A stretch of DNA of 64,000 bases, taken from NCBI GenBank assembly GCA_902526175.1, contig CABZJY010000001.1:134698-198697 (forward strand), read 5' to 3'. Under the pieces are notes generated by a model. It was not told the DNA's origin, did no database searches, and saw nothing but the letters and a program-made list of their open reading frames with translations. Position numbers and translations under genes: made by a program. This document shows, piece after piece, positions 6,864-16,623 of this stretch. Origin of the DNA: an uncultured Alphaproteobacteria bacterium. Its GTDB lineage: Bacteria; Pseudomonadota; Alphaproteobacteria; Methylaequorales; Methylaequoraceae. Numbering within the stretch: the first letter of the stretch is position 1; each line of letters begins with the position of its first letter.

Positions 6864-8249
6864 ATGGAAAAGAAATTTAGAGAAGAGTATGACTCAATAG
6901 GGAAAATAAAAGTTCCCCAAAACAAATACTGGGGTGCTCAAACTCAAAGAAGTCTTAAAAATTTTAAAATAGGAAACGATTTAATGCCGATTGAAATTGT
7001 TTATTCTTTCGCACTACAAAAAAAAGCCGCGGCAATTAGTAATATTGCTTTAAAAAAATTAGATATAAATCTTGGTGAAAAAATCATCGAAACATGTGAT
7101 GAAATTTTATCTGGAAAACATGACGATCACTTCCCACTATCTGTTTGGCAAACAGGTTCTGGGACACAAACCAATATGAATGTAAATGAGGTGATTGCAA
7201 ATAGATCAAACGAATTATTTGGTGAAAAATTAGGTAAATATAGTCCCATTCACCCTAATGATCATTGTAATATGGGCCAATCTTCCAACGATTCTTTTCC
7301 AACTGTTATTCACTTAACTATCATTGATATTACAAAAAAAAAATTAATTCCGTGTTTAAAAAAGTTTATAAAAAAATTAGAAGAAAAAAAAAGAGAATTT
7401 GATGAAATAATAAAGATCGGGAGAACTCATTATCAAGACGCTACACCACTTACTCTTGGAAGTGAATTTGGGGCCTTTGAGTCACAGGTAACTAATAGTT
7501 TAATGCGGATTGAAAAAGCTCAAGAGGAATTATTATATCTTGCGCAGGGTGGAACTGCTGTTGGAACGGGATTAAATTCATCAAAAGATTTTTCTAACGG
7601 ATTTCTAAAGGCATTAGAAAAAATGACTGGTATAAAATTTAAAAAGAGTAAAAATTACTTTGAATCTTTATCCTCTCATGAACCAATACTAAATTTTTCT
7701 AGTGCAATAAATACACTCGTATCAGCATGTTACAAAATTGCCAATGATATAAGACTTTTATCATCTGGACCAAGATGTGGAATTAATGAGATAACAATTC
7801 CTGCTAATGAGCCTGGTTCTTCTATAATGCCAGGTAAAGTAAATCCAACACAGTGTGAGGCCTTAGCACAAGTTTGTATTTTTCTTCAAGGAATCCACTT
7901 TTCTGTGAGCAACGCATCAAGTCAAGGATCACTTCAATTAAATACAAATAAAACACTTCTTGCCTTTGCGATGATAAAATCAATAAATTTAATTAATGAT
8001 GCAATTAATTCATTTGTCGATAATTGTTTATTTGGAATAAAGGCAAACGAAGAACAAATATTAAAAAACCTCAATAATTCTCTAATGCTAGTAACAGCAT
8101 TAAATCCAAGCCTAGGATACTCTAAATCTGCTGAGATAGCTAAGTTGGCATACGAAAAAAAAATTACACTAAAAGAAGCTGCAAAAAAGCTAAATTATTT
8201 GGACTATACGGAATTTGATAAAATAGTAGATCCCAAAAATATGATATAA
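6864..8249 (+). CDS. fumC: Fumarate hydratase class II
   Basis: WGAQTQRS, WQTGSGTQTNMN, GSSIMPGKVNPTQCE signature; start ATG 6864. Confidence 0.97.
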   Translation: MEKKFREEYDSIGKIKVPQNKYWGAQTQRSLKNFKIGNDLMPIEIVYSFALQKKAAAISNIALKKLDINLGEKIIETCDEILSGKHDDHFPLSVWQTGSGTQTNMNVNEVIANRSNELFGEKLGKYSPIHPNDHCNMGQSSNDSFPTVIHLTIIDITKKKLIPCLKKFIKKLEEKKREFDEIIKIGRTHYQDATPLTLGSEFGAFESQVTNSLMRIEKAQEELLYLAQGGTAVGTGLNSSKDFSNGFLKALEKMTGIKFKKSKNYFESLSSHEPILNFSSAINTLVSACYKIANDIRLLSSGPRCGINEITIPANEPGSSIMPGKVNPTQCEALAQVCIFLQGIHFSVSNASSQGSLQLNTNKTLLAFAMIKSINLINDAINSFVDNCLFGIKANEEQILKNLNNSLMLVTALNPSLGYSKSAEIAKLAYEKKITLKEAAKKLNYLDYTEFDKIVDPKNMI

Positions 8250-8253
8250 ATAA

Positions 8254-9933
8254 TTAAAATATATTTTCGAAAATCTCCTTTAAATTATCAGTTTTTTCTT
8301 TATCTAAATTTTCAAATATTTTTTTTGGATCAATAGTTATCTCGTTTGTATTTTTTAAGATAATATTTAATCCTTTTTCTATAATTGAATTTTTCAAATA
8401 ATTTAAATCATAATTATATTTGAGATTATCTATTGGACCAATTATCTGTAATGGAAATGAAGGAAAATCAGAAAAATTTTTATTTAAAAGTTTTATATTA
8501 TTGTCCATTTTTAAAATATTTTTATTTAAATCTAAAAAACCATTACCTCTCATCTCAAAATTAATATCTTTTACCATTAGATTTTTTATGCTTAATTTAT
8601 TTGACAATAAGTTCAGATCAGAACTTATAAAAGTTAATTTTGAGCTACCATTTGTATTTTTTATTTCAACTAATTTGAGTATATCATCCAAAGAAGATAT
8701 TTCTTTTATTTTTAAAAATAATGTATTGAGATTGATGCCTTTGAGAGATGGGTTCTCAATAAAAATTTTTGATTTAAAGGATAGTTTACTCAAAAACTCA
8801 TCACCAAAAAAAAAATTATTTTTTAAAAAATTGAATTCTATTTTAGATTTACCTCCATATAGACTATATTTTGAATCACCCAGCAAAAAATCAGGAATTA
8901 TATAATCTTTTAGAAAACCTGAACCTGTAATTTTTTTATTTTTTACATCGATATTTGCATTCATCATTAGATTGGAGTTATTTATTTTCGTTTTTATGTC
9001 TCTTATTTTAAAGTAATCTTCATTTCCTTGAATAAAAAACTTGGAGTCTTTTAGTGTAAGACCTTTAGCGGTTATTTTTTTTATTAAAAAAAAAATTTCA
9101 AATTCTGTAGTATTCGAATTTGAATTTACAAAAAATCTTTTAGAACTAAATTTTTCAAATCTTTGGTATAGTCCAAAATTAAATGAATTTAAATTAATAG
9201 AATCTGAAACTACATCACCAAATAACCTTATTTTATGTTTTCTCTCAGCATTAAGGTTCCATGTTATCATTTCTTTGCTTGTGTTAAGTTTTTGATTGAG
9301 CAAAATATCAAAATTTATCAAATCATTTGTTTTTAATTTAAAATCAAATTTAGAATCAAATTTCTTGAAATTTAAATTTCCCTCAATTATTTTATCTTCA
9401 TTTTTTTTATTGTAAGTAAAATCTAAATCTTCAATTAAATAATTATTGTTTTGAAGTTGGAAAAGAAACTCGCCATCTCTTGTAACAATTTTTTCTACAT
9501 TTTCAAAAAAAAAATTTTGTTTACTTATTGCAATATTGATATTCCTCTTTAATTTTTCAGTCTGAACATTTTCATTTAATCCTTCTTTGGAAAGAATAAT
9601 TTTTGGATATACAAAATCCAATCTCGTAATTTTTGGTTTGCCTTTGATTATTGATGACCAATTAGAAATTAAATTAATATTTTCTACTTTAAGAAATAAA
9701 TTTAAATTATCTATTTGATTTGAAAAGGTTAGATTATTAATTTCCACATTTGGGTATGGGAAAAGCGAAAATGATGAATTATCATCAAAATCTACTTGAT
9801 AATTATTATTGTTTATTATTTGTTTTTTTATAGAATTAACAATCTCTTGCTTATCAACAAGTGATAGGAGAATTGAAAATAATGCTACAATAAGAAAAAC
9901 AAAAGAAAAAAAATAAATTAAAAATTTTTTCAT
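8254..9933 (-). CDS. AsmA family protein
   Basis: N-terminal TM anchor, SLFPYPNVEI motif, C-terminal G.G..DL and PLQIIGPIDN AsmA-like segment. Confidence 0.75.
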   Translation of the reverse strand: MKKFLIYFFSFVFLIVALFSILLSLVDKQEIVNSIKKQIINNNNYQVDFDDNSSFSLFPYPNVEINNLTFSNQIDNLNLFLKVENINLISNWSSIIKGKPKITRLDFVYPKIILSKEGLNENVQTEKLKRNINIAISKQNFFFENVEKIVTRDGEFLFQLQNNNYLIEDLDFTYNKKNEDKIIEGNLNFKKFDSKFDFKLKTNDLINFDILLNQKLNTSKEMITWNLNAERKHKIRLFGDVVSDSINLNSFNFGLYQRFEKFSSKRFFVNSNSNTTEFEIFFLIKKITAKGLTLKDSKFFIQGNEDYFKIRDIKTKINNSNLMMNANIDVKNKKITGSGFLKDYIIPDFLLGDSKYSLYGGKSKIEFNFLKNNFFFGDEFLSKLSFKSKIFIENPSLKGINLNTLFLKIKEISSLDDILKLVEIKNTNGSSKLTFISSDLNLLSNKLSIKNLMVKDINFEMRGNGFLDLNKNILKMDNNIKLLNKNFSDFPSFPLQIIGPIDNLKYNYDLNYLKNSIIEKGLNIILKNTNEITIDPKKIFENLDKEKTDNLKEIFENIF

Positions 9934-9938
9934 CTAAC

Positions 9939-10520
9939 TTATTTGTTTGACTTCAGAATTCTCGGTCTATGTGGCCCTGATAAAACTATAAATTTTTCGT
10001 TATTATTTGAATCTCTAAAAGAAAGAAAAGATGGGGACTGGTTTATACCTTTCCAAATCTCATATACCTGAAAGGCTTGTTGTTGGAATCTCTTTCCATT
10101 AAACCAATTATCCTCTGCTATAACATATGCAGCAGCTCCGCCCATATGTTTGACTTCTTTAAATGTTTTTACATTAATTGCACTTTCTATAGCCTTACTC
10201 ATTTCTAAAACACGTTCTTTAAATTCTTCAAATATCAAATTATAGTTTTTCTTACCTATTGATTCTTCAGGTTTTTTAGAAGTAAAATCAACACTTAAAA
10301 CCCATCCCACTAATCCTGTTTGTTTATCTGTTACTTGTATCCAGTCTCCGTTTTTTTTTATAGACAACATTTCATGCCCCATTTCGAGAGGGTAAATTAC
10401 AGATGCATCTAAGCTTGGGTTTATATAAAAGTTAGTAAGGCTTTTCCCATTAAAAATTTGTTCTGATTTCAATATATTTAATGATATAAATACAAAAAAA
10501 ATGACAATTAAATATCTCAT
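9939..10520 (-). CDS. Exported protein with a bacterial SH3-like domain
   Basis: Signal peptide, then P......I..L..G......KKNGDWIQV...GLVGWV (SH3b pattern); C-terminal domain unknown. Confidence 0.65.
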   Translation of the reverse strand: MRYLIVIFFVFISLNILKSEQIFNGKSLTNFYINPSLDASVIYPLEMGHEMLSIKKNGDWIQVTDKQTGLVGWVLSVDFTSKKPEESIGKKNYNLIFEEFKERVLEMSKAIESAINVKTFKEVKHMGGAAAYVIAEDNWFNGKRFQQQAFQVYEIWKGINQSPSFLSFRDSNNNEKFIVLSGPHRPRILKSNK

Positions 10521-10535
10521 GACGCTTCCTCAAAA

Positions 10536-11273
10536 ATGACAGTTAAAATTTTAAAACAATATAATTCCCAAAATTTTGATAATAGGTCAAAAAATACAAA
10601 AATCAAATATATAATTCTTCATTACACAGAAACAGATAATCTTATACAGGCTGTAAATATTTTAAGTGATAAAATCAGAAAAGTAAGTTCTCATTATGTT
10701 ATTGACCAAGACGGCATGATCTATCAATTAGTTGATGATTCTCTGAGAGCCTGGCATGCTGGATTATCTTATTGGAAAAAAGATATTAATTTAAATGACA
10801 ATTCGATTGGGATAGAAATCGTAAATAAAGGAGAGCCATCTAAGAATAAATTTTCTGATTTACAAATTGAAAAACTTATTGCTCTTCTTCAATTTCTTAT
10901 ACATAAATACCAGATCAGTAAATATAATATACTAGGACATAGTGATGTGGCTCCTACTAGAAAAATTGATCCAGGAATATTTTTTCCTTGGAAACAACTA
11001 TTTTCTTTTTCCATTGGGCTTCCAATTTATTCGAATTACAGAAAAATTAATCTTAGGCCTCTTGACGAATTAACTTTACAAAAGTTTTTTAACAATCTCG
11101 ATTATATAGGTTATAGTCAAATTGAAATTAAAAAGAATTTAAATAAAAAAAATTTGTCAATTGTTAATGCATTCCATAGACACTTTTACCCAATATTGTT
11201 AAATAAGGACCCAAATTATACTAGTTTTGAAATTTCTGAAAAACTTAAACAAGATATCAGAAAAAAGGTTTGA
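10536..11273 (+). CDS. N-acetylmuramoyl-L-alanine amidase (Amidase_2, AmpD/AmiD-like)
   Basis: IILHYT, VSSHYVI, RAWHAG, SIGIEIVN, GHSDVAPTRKIDPG. Confidence 0.93.
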   Translation: MTVKILKQYNSQNFDNRSKNTKIKYIILHYTETDNLIQAVNILSDKIRKVSSHYVIDQDGMIYQLVDDSLRAWHAGLSYWKKDINLNDNSIGIEIVNKGEPSKNKFSDLQIEKLIALLQFLIHKYQISKYNILGHSDVAPTRKIDPGIFFPWKQLFSFSIGLPIYSNYRKINLRPLDELTLQKFFNNLDYIGYSQIEIKKNLNKKNLSIVNAFHRHFYPILLNKDPNYTSFEISEKLKQDIRKKV

Positions 11274-11304
11274 TTTTTAGTTATTTAAAAATTATAAAAA
11301 GTTT

Positions 11305-11647
11305 ACTAGATGGTTGTATGGCTGCCTTTTAAGGAGGAAAGTCCGGACTCCACAGAGTAACAGTGCCGGGTAACACCCGGCGAGGGTGACCTTAGGGAAA
11401 GTGCCACAGAAAATATACCGCCTTAGGGTAAGGTTGAAAAGGTAAGGTAAGAGCTTACCGCATTGATGGTAACATTAATGGCAGGGTAAACCCCATTGGG
11501 AGCAAGTCTAAGCAGGCAAAGTCTTTTGACAGCTTTACTCTGAGTTTTGCCAGGTAAGACGCACAGAAGTAATTGGTAACAATTATCTCAAGATGAATAG
11601 CCATAATACTTTTTAAGTAACAGAATCCGGCTTATAGACCATCTAGT
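11305..11647 (+). ncRNA. rnpB: RNase P RNA (type A)
   Basis: GAGGAAAGTCCGGACTCC, GAAAGTGCCACAGAAA, GGTAAACCCC, ACAGAATCCGGCTTA; P1 helix ACTAGATGGT/ACCATCTAGT followed by a T-run; usual position upstream of mraZ. Confidence 0.97.
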
Positions 11648-11670
11648 TTTTTTTATTTTTTTGTTGCTAT

Positions 11671-11710
11671 TTTGGTATAAAATACCATAATATCCCATAG
11701 AATCCCAATT
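11671..11710. promoter_or_regulatory. Putative MraZ operator: three 10-bp-periodic repeats
   Basis: AATACCATAA / TATCCCATAG / AATCCCAATT (TGGGA-type on the minus strand) immediately upstream of mraZ. Confidence 0.7.
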
Positions 11711-11719
11711 TGGAATTTT

Positions 11720-12190
11720 ATGGCACTATTTTTATCAACTATTCAAAATAAAATTGATTCTAAATCAAGAGTTTCTGTACCATCAACATTTAGGAATTCT
11801 TTGAATAAATTATCTTTTAAGGGAATAATAGCATTTCCCTCATATTCGCATCAGTCAATAGATGCATGTGGAATTGATAGGATGGAAGCTCTTGCTAATA
11901 GTATTGATGATGAAAGCAATTATTCAAAGGAAGAATTTGAATTAATCTCTTTATATTTTAGTGAAGCAGAAGAAATACCGTTTGATAAAGATGGAAGAAT
12001 CATCTTACCAAAAAAACTTCTTGATCATGCAGATATTTCAAAAAATGCACTATTTGTTGGACTAGGTCCTACATTCCAAATCTGGAACCCCGATTTATAT
12101 GAAAAACAAAAAGTTTTAACAATTAAAATAGCTAAGGAAAAAAAACTTAACCCCAGACTAAAACCAATTCCAAAAGGAATTCTAGAATAA
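11720..12190 (+). CDS. mraZ: Division/cell wall cluster transcriptional repressor MraZ
   Basis: Two DxxxR motifs (IDSKSRVSVP, FDKDGRIILP); FVGLGPTFQIW. Confidence 0.95.
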   Translation: MALFLSTIQNKIDSKSRVSVPSTFRNSLNKLSFKGIIAFPSYSHQSIDACGIDRMEALANSIDDESNYSKEEFELISLYFSEAEEIPFDKDGRIILPKKLLDHADISKNALFVGLGPTFQIWNPDLYEKQKVLTIKIAKEKKLNPRLKPIPKGILE

Positions 12191-12199
12191 GGAGCTAAA

Positions 12200-13711
12200 A
12201 TGACACTTCATCTAAAAATGCCGGCAAAAGCTAATAATTTATCACCAAAAATTTCAGTAATAGGAATTGGTGGTGCAGGGGGAAATATTATTAATAGCAT
12301 GATTGACTATAATGTTTCTGGTGTTTCTTTCCTGAATGTTAATACGGATAGTCAACAGTTGAAACACTCAAAGGCTGAGGAAACTTTACAACTTGGTCCT
12401 AATTGTACTCAAGGATTAGGAGCAGGTGCTGATCCAGATGTTGGAAAAGCTTCTGCAGAAGAAGTTGTTAATGAAATTCAAGAGTATCTTGATGACGCAA
12501 ATATGGTATTTTTAACTGCAGGAATGGGAGGAGGAACCGGGACAGGTGCTTCGCCAGTTGTTGCTAGGGTTGCAAGAGATATGGGAATTTTAATTGTTGG
12601 TGTTGTCACAAAACCTTTTGAAATGGAAGGTAAAGTAAAAATGCAAAGAGCAGAGGAAGGAATTCGAGAATTACAAAAATATGTTGATAACTTAATTGTA
12701 ATACCAAATCAAAATATTTTTCATTCTGCCAAGCCAGAAACCACTTTTACAGAAGCATTACAACTTGCAAATAATGTTTTAATTGATGGTGTAAGAAGTA
12801 TTATTGACTTGATGGTTAAACCAGGCATTATGAATCATGATTATTCTGATGTAAGAGCTGTCATGAGTGAAACTGGTAAGGTTCATATGGGCACTGGTAT
12901 TGCTGAAGATAATGAACGTTCATTAAAAGCAACCGAAGAAGCAATTTTGAACCCATTGTTAGAAAACAATTCAATGTCAGGGGCTAGAGGAGTATTAGTA
13001 AATATAACTGGTGGCGAAGATGTAACATTACTTGAGGTAGATCAAGCGTTACATAAAATAAAAGAAGAATCTGACGAAAATGCTAATATTATTTGGGGAA
13101 TTACAAAAGACGAAGCATATAGTGGAAAATTCAAGATATCTGTTATATCAACAGGAATAGACTCTGAAACATTTGGTAATAGAATTAAAACAGAAAACAA
13201 AGTTAAAATTGATAATGTTGATGCATTTATAGACAAAAATAACAACTTTATAGAGAAAGATAACAATAATGAAACCTCAGTCCCTAAGTTTCTAGTTGAG
13301 CTAGAAAATCCAAAATTAAACCAAGACTATAACCAAGATCAAGGGGCACACGAACTAAAGATTAAAGAGTTAGAAAATAAAGCTAAAGAGTTTAAAGAAG
13401 AAGATGAGAAAAAAATTGAATCATCATTTTTTGAAAGAATTTTTGGAAATAAAAAAAATAAAGATGAAGACAAGGTATCCAGTGTAGTTAAAAAAAATGT
13501 AGGAGTATTTGATGATCAAGAAAAAGAAGAATTAGAAAAAATGGAGGGAGAACGCTCATTATTTGATTCAAAAAGAATTACAGAAAATTCAAATCTCAAC
13601 TTAGATAAGAATATCGAAGAAAGTGCTATTGAGTCAGATGAAGTTTCTTTAAAGACATCAGATGATGAACTTCTTCAAATACCTGCATTTCTAAGAAGAC
13701 AAGCAAACTAA
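12200..13711 (+). CDS. ftsZ: Cell division protein FtsZ (long acidic linker)
   Basis: GLGAG, AGMGGGTGTG tubulin signature, VTKPF, C-terminal LQIPAFLRRQAN; SD AAGGAG. Confidence 0.98.
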   Translation: MTLHLKMPAKANNLSPKISVIGIGGAGGNIINSMIDYNVSGVSFLNVNTDSQQLKHSKAEETLQLGPNCTQGLGAGADPDVGKASAEEVVNEIQEYLDDANMVFLTAGMGGGTGTGASPVVARVARDMGILIVGVVTKPFEMEGKVKMQRAEEGIRELQKYVDNLIVIPNQNIFHSAKPETTFTEALQLANNVLIDGVRSIIDLMVKPGIMNHDYSDVRAVMSETGKVHMGTGIAEDNERSLKATEEAILNPLLENNSMSGARGVLVNITGGEDVTLLEVDQALHKIKEESDENANIIWGITKDEAYSGKFKISVISTGIDSETFGNRIKTENKVKIDNVDAFIDKNNNFIEKDNNNETSVPKFLVELENPKLNQDYNQDQGAHELKIKELENKAKEFKEEDEKKIESSFFERIFGNKKNKDEDKVSSVVKKNVGVFDDQEKEELEKMEGERSLFDSKRITENSNLNLDKNIEESAIESDEVSLKTSDDELLQIPAFLRRQAN

Positions 13712-13716
13712 GGATA

Positions 13717-14652
13717 GTGGACAAATTTACTCACACTCCAGTGATGGTGGATGAAGTGATGAAAATTTTAGAGCCTAGTTCAAAAAAACTATATGTTGAT
13801 GCAACTTTCGGGCAAGGTGGATATACTAAAGAAATATTTAAAAATTGTTATAATTGTAAGATTATAGCTATTGACAGAGATCCAAATTCAAAAAAATATA
13901 TTAAACAATACCAGTCAAGTTATAAAACAAAATTCTTTTTCTTTAACAAACGGTTTAGTCAACTAAGAAAAATAATTAATAAATTTGGAGAAAAAATTGA
14001 CGGAATTGTATTTGATTTAGGTCTGTCTAATACTCAGTTAGATGATCCTTCCAGAGGATTTTCTTTTAATTCGAACGGACCATTAGATATGAGAATGGGT
14101 AATCAAAATGATAGTAAAATTACTGCAGAAAAAATAATTAATGAATTTAATGAAAAAGATTTGAGTGATATTTTTTTTAAATTTGGGGAAGAAAAAAAAT
14201 CGTTTAAGATTGCTAGAGCAATAATTTCAGAAAGAAAAAAAAATAAAATAACCTCTACACTCCAGTTATCAGAAATTATAAATAGCTTAGGTCTCAAAAA
14301 AAATTATAAAATTAATAGTGCTACAAGATCATTTCAAGCACTAAGAATATTTATTAATGAAGAGCTTAATGAACTGCAAGATACACTAAAATGTATTCCA
14401 AGTATTTTGAACAAAGATGGTAAGATTGTAGTTGTTTCTTTTCATTCACTTGAGGACAGGATTGTTAAAAATTTTTTTAAAGAAAACAGTGGTATTTTTT
14501 ATAATAATTATAGGAATAATCCTCCCAATATTACTCATAAAACTCAAACGCTGTCAATTATTACAAAAAAACCTTTATTACCTAAATTTAGTGAAATAAA
14601 AAGAAACCCTCGTTCTCGTTCTGCTAAATTAAGAGCTGCAAAAAAAATATGA
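13717..14652 (+). CDS. rsmH: 16S rRNA m4C1402 methyltransferase RsmH (MraW)
   Basis: HTPVM, DATFGQGGY, DLGLS..QLD...RGFSF, GPLDMRM, SFHSLEDRIVK, NPRSRSAKLR. Confidence 0.97.
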   Translation: MDKFTHTPVMVDEVMKILEPSSKKLYVDATFGQGGYTKEIFKNCYNCKIIAIDRDPNSKKYIKQYQSSYKTKFFFFNKRFSQLRKIINKFGEKIDGIVFDLGLSNTQLDDPSRGFSFNSNGPLDMRMGNQNDSKITAEKIINEFNEKDLSDIFFKFGEEKKSFKIARAIISERKKNKITSTLQLSEIINSLGLKKNYKINSATRSFQALRIFINEELNELQDTLKCIPSILNKDGKIVVVSFHSLEDRIVKNFFKENSGIFYNNYRNNPPNITHKTQTLSIITKKPLLPKFSEIKRNPRSRSAKLRAAKKI

Positions 14653-14912
14653 TTAAAATTTTTTCTTACTTGATATCTGTCTTAATAATTTTAAATTTTC
14701 TTTTGCATTTTGGCTTAGAAAAACAAGAAAAAAAAATTCAAAAACTTAATCAAGAGTACCAAAATATATTAAAAGAGATGCAACTAATAAAAATTAATTT
14801 TGCTTTTTTGACACGTCCAGAAAACTTAAAAAATATTAACAAAAAATTATTTTATTTAGAACCCTATGATTTATCAAATGTTACAATAATGGATAATCCT
14901 AAAAATGAATAA
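14649..14912 (+). CDS. ftsL: Cell division protein FtsL
   Basis: Lies between rsmH and ftsI; TM helix plus coiled coil, FAFLTRPENL. Confidence 0.8.
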   Translation: MIKIFSYLISVLIILNFLLHFGLEKQEKKIQKLNQEYQNILKEMQLIKINFAFLTRPENLKNINKKLFYLEPYDLSNVTIMDNPKNE

Positions 14913-16623
14913 ATCAAGAAGAATTAAATATGACAATATAATTCCAAAAACATTCTCCTTTGATTCAAAATTCATAGATTTTACAGACGACAAAAAGCTT
15001 ATACAAAATAGTCAGGTTTCGGAAGTTTTAAATCTTGGTAAAAAAAGATTGTCTATTTTTTCCTATTTAATATTTATTCTTATGGCGTTATTAATTGTAA
15101 AATCATTCAAATACTCAACAAAAAATTACTTATTAATTAAATTATCAGAAAATAAAGATAATTTAATGAGAGGAATGATACTCGATAGAAACAATAATGT
15201 CATATCTGGTTCAATTCCTGTAAAAGATTTGTATTTAGAACCCAATAAAATTCTTGATAATGTAAATTTTATTGATCAGGTAAGATTAATTTTTCCTGAT
15301 ATTAAAATCGAGAAGATAAATAATATAATTAAATCTGGAAAATATAGATTATTAAAAAAACATCTTAGTAAAACAGAGGAAGTAAAAATATTAAAGTTGG
15401 GAGAGCCGGCACTAAAATTTCAAGAATCTCAAAAAAGGATATATCCTCAAAATAATTTATTTTCTCAAGTTACTGGATTTGTTTCAAAGTATGGGGTACC
15501 AAAAAGCAAATTAGAAAAGAGTCAAAATCAAAATCTTGAAAAAGGACAAAATATTTATCTTACTTTAGATGCCAAGCTCCAAAATATTTTTTACGAGGAG
15601 CTAAAAAGTGGGATGGAAAAATTTAACGCTAGAGCTGCAGCTGCAATAATGATGGATGTTAATACTGGAGAGATAATTACAATGCTCTCTTTACCTGATT
15701 ATAACCCGAATTTTCCAAATAAAATAAAACCTTTTAGTGAAAATAATTTGATTACTTCAGCTCGTTATGAGATGGGTTCCACTTTAAAAACTTTTAATGT
15801 TGCAATGGCACTACAAGGTAATATTTCTATTAAAAATCAATTTTTTGATGTTTCTAAACCATATAAGCTATCTAAAAATTATTTAGTTCATGATGTAGTA
15901 AAATTATCTAATCAAGCAAATCTCAATGATATTTTCGTTAATTCATCAAATATTGGTAGTATAAAAATATTTGATGAAATTGGACATATCAAACAAAAAG
16001 AGTTTTTTTCAAAATTAAAACTAGATAAAAATCTTCAAATTGAAGGTCTAAAAATTATTAGAAATAGGTTACCAGAAAAGTGGAACCAACTAAGTGGACG
16101 TAGTTTAAGTTTTGGATATGGTGCATCATTGACCCCAATAAGTCTAGTAAGTACTTACGCTTTGCTCGTAAATGGAGGATATTATGTACAACCTAAAATT
16201 CTTAAAAATTTAGAAAATAAGAAAAAAAGGATTTTTTCTGAAACTTTATCAAAAGAAATTAGGGATCTACTTCATGATGTCGTAATTAATGGATCTGGGA
16301 AAAAGGCATATGTAAACGGTATTGATATTGGAGGTAAAACAGGAACAGCAAGAAAAACAAATAATAAGAATTATGGTGATAAGGTTATAACATCTTTTGT
16401 AGGAGTTTTTCCTATTACTAAACCTAAGTACATAATTTTTATTCTCCTTGATGAACCTCAGAATTTAAATTCAGAAAATCTATACGGAGGAAATACAGCT
16501 GCACCAATCTTTTCAAGAATTCTTAAGAGAATTGCAATTGATATTAAAATTTATCCAAAAAAACAACTAAAAAAAGAATTGAAAATCACCAAAAAAAAGA
16601 GTTTGTATAATGAAACTTTCTAG
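14905..16623 (+). CDS. ftsI: Penicillin-binding protein 3 (FtsI)
   Basis: RGMILDRN, RIYP, STLK (SxxK), SSN (SxN), KTGT. Confidence 0.93.
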   Translation: MNKSRRIKYDNIIPKTFSFDSKFIDFTDDKKLIQNSQVSEVLNLGKKRLSIFSYLIFILMALLIVKSFKYSTKNYLLIKLSENKDNLMRGMILDRNNNVISGSIPVKDLYLEPNKILDNVNFIDQVRLIFPDIKIEKINNIIKSGKYRLLKKHLSKTEEVKILKLGEPALKFQESQKRIYPQNNLFSQVTGFVSKYGVPKSKLEKSQNQNLEKGQNIYLTLDAKLQNIFYEELKSGMEKFNARAAAAIMMDVNTGEIITMLSLPDYNPNFPNKIKPFSENNLITSARYEMGSTLKTFNVAMALQGNISIKNQFFDVSKPYKLSKNYLVHDVVKLSNQANLNDIFVNSSNIGSIKIFDEIGHIKQKEFFSKLKLDKNLQIEGLKIIRNRLPEKWNQLSGRSLSFGYGASLTPISLVSTYALLVNGGYYVQPKILKNLENKKKRIFSETLSKEIRDLLHDVVINGSGKKAYVNGIDIGGKTGTARKTNNKNYGDKVITSFVGVFPITKPKYIIFILLDEPQNLNSENLYGGNTAAPIFSRILKRIAIDIKIYPKKQLKKELKITKKKSLYNETF

